A DNA stretch of 64,000 bases. It comes from a virus. Numbering within the stretch: position 1 is the first letter of the stretch; each line of letters begins with the position of its first letter. The notes beneath the pieces are model-generated. The model was not told where the DNA came from. It saw only the letters and a program-made list of their open reading frames with translations, and searched no databases. The DNA lies in the IMG/VR virus record IMGVR_UViG_3300047281_000098, positions 41,265 through 105,264 of that record. One strand, 5' to 3'. A program made the position numbers and the translations under genes. Below, one piece after another: positions 1-8,169 of this stretch.

Positions 1-1
1 T

Positions 2-1366
2 GAATATGAAATCCCCGGGGCACGATTCTTGCCTGCGGTCCGTCTAGGTAGATGGAACGGTAAGATGAGTTATTTTAGCCTTGGGGGAAGTACTTTCGTA
101 AATCTCCTGGAAGAAATTATCCCTGTACTTGATCGTATTGGATATGACATTGAGTTGGATGATACCAGAGAGTATCGCACTAACTTTGAGTTCTCTCCTT
201 GTACCGAAGACACATTCAAGCACAAGACTTGGCCCGTTGGTCATCCAGTCGCTGGTACACCTATCGTATTGCGTGATTATCAAATTGAACTAATCAATAA
301 CTTTTTAAGTAACCCAGCGTGTCTACAAGAGATTGCGACAGGCGCCGGTAAGACAATTATGACTGCGGCACTTAGTTACAATATTGAGCCATATGGACGT
401 AGTATTATCATTGTCCCTAACACCAGCTTAGTAACACAGACCGAGAAAGATTATATCAACTTGGGGCTTGACGTAGGTGTATACTATGGTGGACGCAAAG
501 AGATTGGCAAGACTCATACAATTTGTACTTGGCAGAGTTTGAATGTGATGTTGAAGAATACTAAGTCAGGTGAAGCAGAAGTTAGTATTCAAGACTTCTT
601 GGAAGGTGTTGTATGCGTTATTGTTGATGAAGTTCACCAAGCAAAAGCAGACGCCCTGAAAACATTGCTGACTACGGTAATGGCTCAGGTTCCTATTCGT
701 TGGGGATTGACAGGTACTATTCCTAAAGCAAAGATGGAAAGTCAAGCTCTATTCGTTAGTCTTGGTCCAGTTATCAACAAGCTATCAGCAAGCACTTTAC
801 AAGAACAAGGTGTACTGGCAAACTGTCATGTCAATGTTGTACAATTACAAGATAAAGTTGAGTTCCCTAATTATCAAACAGAGTTAAAGCATCTGCTGGA
901 AGACTCTGTTCGTTTAGATACAGTAGCAGGTCTTATCAACAAACTGAAAGAAAGCGGCAATACACTGGTTCTAGTTGACCGTGTGAATGCTGGAACTGAA
1001 TTAGTCAATCGTATCCCTGATGCTGTGTTTATCAGCGGTGGTACCAAGGCACAAGTAAGACAAGAAGAATATGACAAAGTGTCCGTGGAGTCTGGATTAG
1101 TGCTTGTGGCGACATACGGGGTGGCAGCAGTTGGTATTAATATTCCTCGCATTTTCAACGTGGTTCTTATTGAACCCGGTAAGTCATTCGTGCGTGTCAT
1201 TCAAAGTATTGGTCGAGGCATTCGTAAAGCAGAAGATAAGGACCATGTTGAAATTTACGACATTACTTCAAGCTGTAAGTTTGCCAAGCGACATTTGACC
1301 AAGCGTAAAGAATTCTATAAAGAGGCCAATTACCCGTTCTCTATACAGAAACTAAATTACAAATAA
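2..1366 (+). CDS. uvsW: SF2 DNA helicase, T4 UvsW-like (5'-truncated by window edge)
   Basis: LRDYQ Q-motif, ATGAGKT Walker A, DEVH, GLTGT, QSIGRGIR motif VI; frame open from position 2. Confidence 0.9.
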   Translation, partial: EYEIPGARFLPAVRLGRWNGKMSYFSLGGSTFVNLLEEIIPVLDRIGYDIELDDTREYRTNFEFSPCTEDTFKHKTWPVGHPVAGTPIVLRDYQIELINNFLSNPACLQEIATGAGKTIMTAALSYNIEPYGRSIIIVPNTSLVTQTEKDYINLGLDVGVYYGGRKEIGKTHTICTWQSLNVMLKNTKSGEAEVSIQDFLEGVVCVIVDEVHQAKADALKTLLTTVMAQVPIRWGLTGTIPKAKMESQALFVSLGPVINKLSASTLQEQGVLANCHVNVVQLQDKVEFPNYQTELKHLLEDSVRLDTVAGLINKLKESGNTLVLVDRVNAGTELVNRIPDAVFISGGTKAQVRQEEYDKVSVESGLVLVATYGVAAVGINIPRIFNVVLIEPGKSFVRVIQSIGRGIRKAEDKDHVEIYDITSSCKFAKRHLTKRKEFYKEANYPFSIQKLNYK

Positions 1367-1369
1367 AGC

Positions 1370-1398
1370 TTGACATTCCCACAGATATAGACTATAAT
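1370..1398 (+). promoter_or_regulatory. sigma70-type early/middle promoter
   Basis: TTGACA(1370-75)-17 nt-TATAAT(1393-98), intergenic. Confidence 0.85.
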
Positions 1399-1419
1399 AC
1401 ATTAACTGAAAGACATCCC

Positions 1420-1920
1420 GTGCGTATATTAACCCTTGACAACACCTTCTATGATTTAGAAACTCTGCCCGAAGAGATTGATGATTTGCGATTCGCAATC
1501 CTAGATAATAGCAATCCACTTAATGTAGACTATCATTACATTCCGCTGATCTTTCTTGAATCATTTAACTCGCCGGCACTTGTTTTGAAGATTGGTAAGC
1601 ATACGATTAAAATGCCAGTTGATTGGCAGATTGTAATCGGTGAGAAAGAACACGGTGATCTGGAGACATTACCACTGACAAGTATTAATGATCGTGGATT
1701 CAATGCGTTTGAATTCAATCCACTATCATCATTCAGTCCATCATTTCTTCCCATTGAAATCGTTGATATCTACAATGATGTTACTTGGTTCGCCCCACGA
1801 CTGAAGAACGGTCAATTTCTGTGTGTACCGATTGAAGATGGATTGAAACCCAAGTGTGTTTACTTTGTTAAAGAAGTAAGCCGTAATTGTGAAATTGTAG
1901 ACTACTCCCAAGCTTTTTAA
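1420..1920 (+). CDS. hypothetical phage protein
   Basis: 166 aa ORF, GTG start downstream of promoter, in operon. Confidence 0.75.
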   Translation: MRILTLDNTFYDLETLPEEIDDLRFAILDNSNPLNVDYHYIPLIFLESFNSPALVLKIGKHTIKMPVDWQIVIGEKEHGDLETLPLTSINDRGFNAFEFNPLSSFSPSFLPIEIVDIYNDVTWFAPRLKNGQFLCVPIEDGLKPKCVYFVKEVSRNCEIVDYSQAF

Positions 1921-1921
1921 T

Positions 1922-2353
1922 ATGAACGAAACATTTTTATTCTTTTCTTATGGTATGCTGACTAACAATGATGTTATGCCTCAGGGTGCTGAAAGACTTG
2001 GCCCAGCTGCCTTGCCCGGATTCGAATGGGAAATGTTATGCTATGCCAATGTGTATGACAAGCCCGGCAACATGGTATTGGGTGTACTTTGGGAAATTGA
2101 TTACGACATCCTGGATGATCTAGATCACCGAGAAGGGTACCCCTCATTCTACGGACGAGTATATGCGGATATTATCCATGAAGGCATTCCTAAGCAAGCT
2201 TGGGTTTATGTCATGACAGAAGATTATCGCAAAATTCTTCGTGATACGCCACCGTCGGCTTCGTATGTCAGAACTGTTATCGAAGGATTCGCAACAGATG
2301 GCATTACCATGCCAAATTTAAATGTAGCTGAACTTGGCTACGAAGCATACTAG
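1922..2353 (+). CDS. gamma-glutamylcyclotransferase (GGCT/AIG2-like) family protein
   Basis: FFSYGMLT N-terminal motif, GVLWEI, LDHREGYP..Y.R. Confidence 0.8.
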   Translation: MNETFLFFSYGMLTNNDVMPQGAERLGPAALPGFEWEMLCYANVYDKPGNMVLGVLWEIDYDILDDLDHREGYPSFYGRVYADIIHEGIPKQAWVYVMTEDYRKILRDTPPSASYVRTVIEGFATDGITMPNLNVAELGYEAY

Positions 2354-2354
2354 T

Positions 2355-2963
2355 ATGGCAACCAAAGTAACTAAAGTAACTAAATCTAAAACTCCAGCTG
2401 ATGAAAAATTCGGAAATCAAGATTTTGATTTATTCGAATCGCTGGCAGCAATGGATAAAAAAGACTATGGATATCTTGAACGCCTGACTGAAGAACAACA
2501 AAAAAAGTTTGTTCCATTTATGATGACTCATTGGATGAGCGCGGTATCAGGTAGCGGTGATGTAGCTGGATACTATGTTCGCAGTGTGGATCATTATGCG
2601 AATACTCATTTGTTCAATGAAGTAGTACAAAAACATCCTAAGCTTCAATGGTTGATGCTGTGCGCTTCAAGTCCTAACTTAGGTAAGCAATTTCACAAAT
2701 GGATTCCCCACCTTAGTGGTAAAGTAAGTTTGTTAAAAGAGCCAGCAAAGACTAAAGATGTCAAAGAGTACTTTAATAAGATTTATCCCAAGACAAGCGA
2801 AGATGCCATCGATGGCGCAGCTAAAGCGTTTGTATCCGATCATAAACGCAAGTGTCATTTAGCTGAACTATTCCCTAATTTAAAGCAAGCTGATATCGAA
2901 ACTCTTAATCAACTTATTACAGATGCCGACATTGCTCAATATGATAAAGACCGCGGAAACTAA
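2355..2963 (+). CDS. clamp loader small subunit, T4 gp62-like
   Basis: KKFVPFMMTHWMS ... HPKLQWLML ... KQFHKWI resembles gp62 family; ATG at 2355 follows the upstream TAG. Confidence 0.55.
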   Translation: MATKVTKVTKSKTPADEKFGNQDFDLFESLAAMDKKDYGYLERLTEEQQKKFVPFMMTHWMSAVSGSGDVAGYYVRSVDHYANTHLFNEVVQKHPKLQWLMLCASSPNLGKQFHKWIPHLSGKVSLLKEPAKTKDVKEYFNKIYPKTSEDAIDGAAKAFVSDHKRKCHLAELFPNLKQADIETLNQLITDADIAQYDKDRGN

Positions 2964-3642
2964 TCCAGTAAAATATGAATGTGAATTTTGTAAGAGAGAA
3001 TTCGCAAAGGAAGCCACGGTATTCAAACATATATGCCAATACAAACATCGTTGGGTTGAACGCGACAAGAAGGGCAATCGTATTGGATTTCAAGCTTGGC
3101 TACAATTCTATACTCGCAACAGCACAAGTAAAAAGAATAGGACCGTTGAAGAATTTATCAAAAGTCCGTACTACAACGCATTTGTAAAATTTGGCAATTA
3201 CTGTGCGGAAATTAATGCGATAAGCGTCAGTAGATTCATTGATTGGTTACTGAAAGAACAGATAAAAATTGACACCTGGTGTCAAGACAGTGTTTATACA
3301 AAGTTTCTGATTGCTTATACCAGAATCGAAGATCCAATGGACGCGATTGTTCGCAGCATTGAAACAACTATTAAATTAGCTGAAACAGAATCAATTCAAT
3401 CACATGATTGTCTACGATATGGAAATGTAAATCGAATTTGTTATGCCATTACCGCAGGGAAGATAAGTCCATGGTTGTTGTATCAAAGCGACAGCGGAAC
3501 AACATTTCTGTCTAATCTAACTTCTGATAATGTTTCAATGATTCTTGATTATATCAACCCAGAGCAATGGGCTATTAAGTTCAAAAGATACCCAGAAATT
3601 GCTGCTGAAGTCAAAGCATTGTTACGAGCAGGTGGCTATTGA
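2923..3642 (+). CDS. hypothetical protein with N-terminal zinc finger
   Basis: YECEFCKREF...KHIC. Confidence 0.7.
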   Translation: MPTLLNMIKTAETNPVKYECEFCKREFAKEATVFKHICQYKHRWVERDKKGNRIGFQAWLQFYTRNSTSKKNRTVEEFIKSPYYNAFVKFGNYCAEINAISVSRFIDWLLKEQIKIDTWCQDSVYTKFLIAYTRIEDPMDAIVRSIETTIKLAETESIQSHDCLRYGNVNRICYAITAGKISPWLLYQSDSGTTFLSNLTSDNVSMILDYINPEQWAIKFKRYPEIAAEVKALLRAGGY

Positions 3643-3667
3643 CATTTAATCCATAATCTGTTATAAT
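3639..3667 (+). promoter_or_regulatory. consensus sigma70 promoter with extended -10, heading the LRW cassette array
   Basis: TTGACA(3639-44)-17 nt-TATAAT(3662-67) with TG extension; ATG 6 nt downstream (leaderless). Confidence 0.88.
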
Positions 3668-3673
3668 ACAGAT

Positions 3674-4009
3674 ATGAAGACATTATACGACCTTGAAAGT
3701 ACGGGCTTACATAGTTTTAAGCGAGGTGAACTAACATTGTTCACTGCTTATAGGCAGTCTGGCAAAAGTATGCTTAATCAATTGTACGGGACAATTATGA
3801 CAAAAGGAAACTTTGAGATAACAGATCAGGCCCCAGTAGATGGAGAGACTTGGTATACTGTTGCGTGTGTCAGTGTCGTATGCGAATGGATGCGTGAGCA
3901 ACCCAAAGAATTGTGGCACGAACACATTGACCTTAGGTGGATTCATTATTCAAACAAGTTTGACATACATGAAAAACTCTATACCGTGTTAGCACTGCGA
4001 TGGAGCTAG
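3674..4009 (+). CDS. LRW-array ORF 1; N-terminal helicase Walker-A-like fragment
   Basis: FKRGELTLFTAYRQSGKSM; ends LALRWS*. Confidence 0.75.
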   Translation: MKTLYDLESTGLHSFKRGELTLFTAYRQSGKSMLNQLYGTIMTKGNFEITDQAPVDGETWYTVACVSVVCEWMREQPKELWHEHIDLRWIHYSNKFDIHEKLYTVLALRWS

Positions 4010-4236
4010 AACTAAGTGAAGGTGGAATACACGGTGCCAGGTATTATATAGTCAGACCCTGGCCATGGGACTCGCACATCACCTGGCTCACAATGGAAGC
4101 ATGGGCTATTGGAACATTCGGACCAGACGGTGGCTCTATTTGGAATAATCTTAACTCACGCTGGTATATGAATAATAGCAAATTCTGGTTTCGCACTGAA
4201 GCGGATCGTACTTTTTTTATATTAAGATGGCAATGA
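4000..4236 (+). CDS. LRW-array ORF 2
   Basis: ends FWFRTEADRTFFILRWQ*; its ATG lies within the preceding CGA-TGG codons. Confidence 0.75.
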   Translation: MELELSEGGIHGARYYIVRPWPWDSHITWLTMEAWAIGTFGPDGGSIWNNLNSRWYMNNSKFWFRTEADRTFFILRWQ

Positions 4237-4433
4237 GAATTCAAAAAGTGTCCAGCAGTGACAACATACATGCTCCTGGCGAATATATGTATAAAATTCA
4301 TGACCACTGTAAAGATAGCGACACCCTGAGGGGGTGGAGAGACGAAATCAAGTTGGATTGTCTCATTTACTCCAATGTTGCTTATTTCAATACCGAAACA
4401 GATGCTATGTTTTTCATACTGAGATGGCAATGA
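4233..4433 (+). CDS. LRW-array ORF 3
   Basis: ATGA overlap; ends FNTETDAMFFILRWQ*. Confidence 0.75.
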   Translation: MRIQKVSSSDNIHAPGEYMYKIHDHCKDSDTLRGWRDEIKLDCLIYSNVAYFNTETDAMFFILRWQ

Positions 4434-4594
4434 CTACCAATTACAGTTGGCAGTACAATGGTGCTGCCCCGTTCATAGATATCATGCAATGGTGCGTTGA
4501 TACTTTTGAAAATGCTAACTGGTCTGCCAACTGGGAAACTTTTAGTTTCAATAATGAAAAAGATTATGTTTGGTTTGTATTGAGGTGGCAATGA
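4430..4594 (+). CDS. LRW-array ORF 4 (minimal 54 aa module)
   Basis: ATGA overlap; IMQWCVDTF...W...FNNEKDYVWFVLRWQ*. Confidence 0.75.
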   Translation: MTTNYSWQYNGAAPFIDIMQWCVDTFENANWSANWETFSFNNEKDYVWFVLRWQ

Positions 4595-4833
4595 GAAAAC
4601 TAATTCCAAATAATATAACTGTTACTGAACAGATTGCGATCCATCGTCAGTTTTTTAATATGGTTGGAAAATGGCGTCGTAGTCAGCAGCCTGTTTTAAG
4701 AAAGGATGAATACTTGCAGTGTTTGGAAGAGGACAGCGGTGTTCGGTGCCAATATAGTAGCGGTGGTCAGTTGACAGGATTCGAAGTTATTGATGAAAAG
4801 ACTTATACCTGGTTTGTGTTGAAATGGACATGA
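4591..4833 (+). CDS. LRW-array ORF 5
   Basis: GAGGTG SD + ATGA overlap; ends DEKTYTWFVLKWT*. Confidence 0.75.
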   Translation: MRKLIPNNITVTEQIAIHRQFFNMVGKWRRSQQPVLRKDEYLQCLEEDSGVRCQYSSGGQLTGFEVIDEKTYTWFVLKWT

Positions 4834-5066
4834 ACGATACTACAAGTTGGATTACCTTTGGTAAAGACCATTATCATTTAAACAGGGTAATGGAGCAGTG
4901 GTGTCACGAACATATCGGGCAAGGTGGATGGGCACACGAAACACCAAAGGCTTGGGGATGTATGATGGGCGATAAGATTTGGGTAATGCATAGTATGTTT
5001 GGTAACACAACTTTTTGCTTTAAAGAAGAAAAAGACTTTATGTGGTTTAAGTTGAGGTGGGCATGA
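4830..5066 (+). CDS. LRW-array ORF 6
   Basis: ATGA overlap; MEQWCHEHIG...FKEEKDFMWFKLRWA*. Confidence 0.78.
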   Translation: MNDTTSWITFGKDHYHLNRVMEQWCHEHIGQGGWAHETPKAWGCMMGDKIWVMHSMFGNTTFCFKEEKDFMWFKLRWA

Positions 5067-5290
5067 GTTTTATAACAGTTTCGCGTAATTTGAACGCTGA
5101 TGAGTTAAGAGATTGGTTAGTCACCAATGTTGGAAAAGAGATCGGCAAGGGAGCTTATGCTAGAAAATGTGGCGACGGATGGGACTTGGATACGACCATT
5201 GGTTACAGGGAAATTCCCGCTGTCTTAAAATGGGGCATAACCATTGATGACGAAGCATTAGCAGTATTTTTTAAATTGAGGTGGGCATGA
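5063..5290 (+). CDS. LRW-array ORF 7
   Basis: SD + ATGA overlap; DWLVTNVG...DDEALAVFFKLRWA*. Confidence 0.78.
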   Translation: MSFITVSRNLNADELRDWLVTNVGKEIGKGAYARKCGDGWDLDTTIGYREIPAVLKWGITIDDEALAVFFKLRWA

Positions 5291-5601
5291 ATAATAAAAC
5301 AATTGAAGATTTTGTAATCCGTTACGGTGCCAAAGTAAATTACGAACAAAGACGCGACTATAATACTTATAATACTATGGGTAGGGCAATGGATTACTAT
5401 TCATTGGATTACTATGGCAATGGTAACAGCATAGTAGGCATTGAACTACCTTTAAAGGCATTTGAGCACTTAGTCAACTCGGATAATCAAGCTGATGTAG
5501 ACTATCAAGCTGGTAAGGAAGAGGCTCGCATTCGTGCTCGGTATCCATCAGTAGCAGAAGCGTATGCTCAATATAAAATGTTACTTGAACTATGCAGATA
5601 A
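5287..5601 (+). CDS. array ORF 8, hypothetical (lacks LRW end)
   Basis: SD + ATGA overlap; ends EARIRARYPSVAEAYAQYKMLLELCR*. Confidence 0.72.
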   Translation: MNNKTIEDFVIRYGAKVNYEQRRDYNTYNTMGRAMDYYSLDYYGNGNSIVGIELPLKAFEHLVNSDNQADVDYQAGKEEARIRARYPSVAEAYAQYKMLLELCR

Positions 5602-5987
5602 TTGAATATATTAAAGACAAGTATCTAACTTGGCGTACTGGCCAAGATAAGCAAACACGCGATTGGAATAAGTGGTTGTATGAAACTGTTCTATTTCGTG
5701 CTGACACGATTGAAAATATGTTTGTGAACTTTAAATACATACTACCAGTGTCCGTAGAGATATTTGATCTTGAAGAACCGTTTGGATGGGCACTGGGCGA
5801 TGACATTCGACAGTATATGTATCCTAACCGAGCATTAGGTGACTGTGCGGTTCATTACTTTGCGCGTGGGTTTCGCCATCAATGGGATGGTCGCTTTCAC
5901 CTTAATGAAATTAGCGGTGGTGATCAAGTGTTTATAGCAACTAACAACAGCAAGGATGCTATGATGATAGCATTGAAGTATTCATGA
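5592..5987 (+). CDS. array ORF 9, divergent LRW-type end
   Basis: overlapping start; ends NNSKDAMMIALKYS*. Confidence 0.72.
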   Translation: MQIIEYIKDKYLTWRTGQDKQTRDWNKWLYETVLFRADTIENMFVNFKYILPVSVEIFDLEEPFGWALGDDIRQYMYPNRALGDCAVHYFARGFRHQWDGRFHLNEISGGDQVFIATNNSKDAMMIALKYS

Positions 5988-6316
5988 ACGATTTACAAAT
6001 AGAAATACACAAGCGCACTATGAAGCTGCTATCTACTGTAATGGCACAATCTATTATAGGGGTGCAACCTATGCCAAATACTGGTATCTTCAATGTAAGG
6101 TTTAGTAAATCTAAATATAAATTCAACCGTGCTAAATGGTATGTAGCAGTGTATAACTACAACTATTATTACGAAGTAGTTGAATGGTGTGCTGAACAGT
6201 TCGGCCCACATCCCGAGCAACCAGATGCTTGGAGTCGTTGGGTACACAAATACGAAGATACGATTCACTTCCGTGATGAAAAAGATTATATTTGGTTTAC
6301 ATTGAGGTGGTCATGA
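5984..6316 (+). CDS. LRW-array ORF 10; N-terminal major-capsid (Gol-like) fragment
   Basis: MAQSIIGVQPMPNTGIFNVR; VEWCAEQFG...FRDEKDYIWFTLRWS*. Confidence 0.78.
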   Translation: MNDLQIEIHKRTMKLLSTVMAQSIIGVQPMPNTGIFNVRFSKSKYKFNRAKWYVAVYNYNYYYEVVEWCAEQFGPHPEQPDAWSRWVHKYEDTIHFRDEKDYIWFTLRWS

Positions 6317-6501
6317 AATTACTGGAAGACTACTCAGTATCATTGAGCGCAGACAGATGGATCAAAATAAAAGAACAATTAACAAAAGTTGAATCTAATT
6401 CATTGGTGTCTATTACTTGGACAGGTCCGTTTGAAAGAACCAGAATATTACGATTTAAATCTGAGAATGATGCATTGATATTTGTATTGAGGTGGAGCTA
6501 A
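6313..6501 (+). CDS. LRW-array ORF 11
   Basis: SD + ATGA overlap; ends FKSENDALIFVLRWS*. Confidence 0.75.
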   Translation: MKLLEDYSVSLSADRWIKIKEQLTKVESNSLVSITWTGPFERTRILRFKSENDALIFVLRWS

Positions 6502-6752
6502 TGATTACATATAAAGTACTGTGGACCGAGTTACCACATATTAAAGTACCGGTATTACACACGGTAATGTATGCTCACAGTACAGATGGAGTAGACGCAA
6601 AATATCAACGAAGTTATAAGGATCATTTAGTAGATGAGTGGTTAAAAGCAAACTGTCGGGCGCCTTACTATCACTCTACCTATCATACAGAAAAGTTTAT
6701 ACAATTTGAAGATGATGAAGATGCTATGTGGTTTTCTTTGAGGTGGTCATGA
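6501..6752 (+). CDS. LRW-array ORF 12
   Basis: SD + TAATG overlap; ends IQFEDDEDAMWFSLRWS*. Confidence 0.78.
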   Translation: MITYKVLWTELPHIKVPVLHTVMYAHSTDGVDAKYQRSYKDHLVDEWLKANCRAPYYHSTYHTEKFIQFEDDEDAMWFSLRWS

Positions 6753-7009
6753 TATATAACGAAATAGAACAAGACATTATAAACAGAGCAGGCAAGGAAC
6801 TATCCAGTGAAATTGACTTCCATGTACTTGCTGATTTATACTCACAAGACGGCTGGACTGAAGTTAATTTGCCGAGACAGCCCAGAGAAACAGTAGTTGA
6901 GATTCTATCCTGGTGTGCGAGTCATAATATTAAGTGCTATGGCAGAGGGCAACGATGGGTGTTTGAGAAGAAGCAAGACGCCTTGTTCTTTAGTTTGAGG
7001 TGGGCATGA
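6749..7009 (+). CDS. LRW-array ORF 13; N-terminal capsid-helix-like fragment
   Basis: EIEQDIINRAGKELSSEIDFHVLADL; ends FEKKQDALFFSLRWA*. Confidence 0.78.
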   Translation: MIYNEIEQDIINRAGKELSSEIDFHVLADLYSQDGWTEVNLPRQPRETVVEILSWCASHNIKCYGRGQRWVFEKKQDALFFSLRWA

Positions 7010-7185
7010 TTGTTACATTACCATATGATCCAGCATGGAAAGCATTAGAATGGGCTAAAGACCATTGTCCTGATTATGTTACTAATGAAGTACACCCCCA
7101 CAAAGCATGGATTCGCCCGATTCAGATTGACTACTTCTTTTCGTCCGAGCGAGATGCTGTATTTTTTAGTTTGAGGTGGGTATGA
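7006..7185 (+). CDS. LRW-array ORF 14
   Basis: SD + ATGA overlap; ends FSSERDAVFFSLRWV*. Confidence 0.78.
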   Translation: MIVTLPYDPAWKALEWAKDHCPDYVTNEVHPHKAWIRPIQIDYFFSSERDAVFFSLRWV

Positions 7186-7427
7186 AATACTTTAGCAGTA
7201 GCGGAGGCAACAATAAACCATACTTTGCCCATCGTATTAAATTACCCAAAGTGGTTAGTGAAGCATATGACTGGTGCTTAGAGTACCCAGATCAAGATAG
7301 ACCCTTTAGAAGATTCCATGTAGAATGGGATCATTATCCAGAGGGAAAATACGGGCATAAAGGTTATGAAATTATTCAATTTGAGTGGGAAGAAGCCGCC
7401 ATTATGTTTACATTGAGGTGGTTATGA
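7182..7427 (+). CDS. LRW-array ORF 15
   Basis: SD + ATGA overlap; ends FEWEEAAIMFTLRWL*. Confidence 0.78.
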   Translation: MKYFSSSGGNNKPYFAHRIKLPKVVSEAYDWCLEYPDQDRPFRRFHVEWDHYPEGKYGHKGYEIIQFEWEEAAIMFTLRWL

Positions 7428-7693
7428 GAGTAGAGTTTAGACAAGGTGTGCCTGACGGATGTGCCCGGTGGCTACGTGAGAATGTTGGACTGGGTAATAT
7501 TGAGGAAGACAGCAACAACAAGAGAACACGGCAGGGGATGATTGACATGCCTGAGTATGCTTGGTTCTATGAGCGGGTAGCAATTATACCCGACGATGCC
7601 TTGAGTCTGCTTTACGAGTCCATTCATTATGTTCCTACTATCACAGTTAAAGATCCCGAGTTGGCTACATTTTTTAGTTTGAGGTGGTTATAA
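7424..7693 (+). CDS. LRW-array ORF 16
   Basis: SD + ATGA overlap; ends KDPELATFFSLRWL*. Confidence 0.78.
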   Translation: MRVEFRQGVPDGCARWLRENVGLGNIEEDSNNKRTRQGMIDMPEYAWFYERVAIIPDDALSLLYESIHYVPTITVKDPELATFFSLRWL

Positions 7694-7908
7694 TGGTAGA
7701 CTGGCTTAATGACAGCTCTGACGAAGTTTATTGCGCTGATTCAGAAGCGTTTGAAAACTTTTTTCATGACTTCTGCCTAAATGGAAAAGCCAAAGGAGCA
7801 GAATGGGGTCCTGACTATTGGGAACAACATGGCATTAAGGTTGTGAACAGTAGAGTAGAATATGATACCCCTGCACATCGCACTATGTTTTTATTGAGGT
7901 GGTTATGA
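7693..7908 (+). CDS. LRW-array ORF 17
   Basis: SD + TAATG overlap; ends YDTPAHRTMFLLRWL*. Confidence 0.75.
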   Translation: MVDWLNDSSDEVYCADSEAFENFFHDFCLNGKAKGAEWGPDYWEQHGIKVVNSRVEYDTPAHRTMFLLRWL

Positions 7909-8168
7909 AGAAACCTAAACCAAAGAAGCCAAAAGCTAAAATACCCAAAGGTGCATTGATAGTTGACTACGGCTTGTATCGTGTAATCCTACCTTATAAA
8001 CACCCGATTGACTTGTATAATAACAAAGAATTAGATATAATATGTGAATGGTGCGATAGAACATTTCCAAAAGATGATTGGAGATGTAGCAGAAGTAGCT
8101 GGCCAGGTCATGTCTACTTTTTAAAAGAAAGCTATCTGACAATGTTTTTATTGATGTGGGCAAAATAA
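7905..8168 (+). CDS. LRW-array ORF 18, Lys/Pro-rich N-terminus
   Basis: MKKPKPKKPKAK; CEWCDRTF...W; ends TMFLLMWAK*. Confidence 0.75.
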   Translation: MKKPKPKKPKAKIPKGALIVDYGLYRVILPYKHPIDLYNNKELDIICEWCDRTFPKDDWRCSRSSWPGHVYFLKESYLTMFLLMWAK

Positions 8169-8169
8169 T

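Larger units (their letters stand above)
4574..7908 (+). repeat. dispersed junction repeat TTT-NNN-TTGAGGTGG-N(2-5)-ATG (11 exact TTGAGGTGG copies at ORF ends)
   Basis: at the 3' ends of ORFs stopping at 4594, 5066, 5290, 6316, 6501, 6752, 7009, 7185, 7427, 7693, 7908. Confidence 0.9.

Noticed and set aside
4574-7908. CRISPR array interpretation of the TTGAGGTGG repeats
   Set aside because: The repeat core is only 9-20 bp, the intervals are long, irregular and are intact ORFs, and no cas operon is present.
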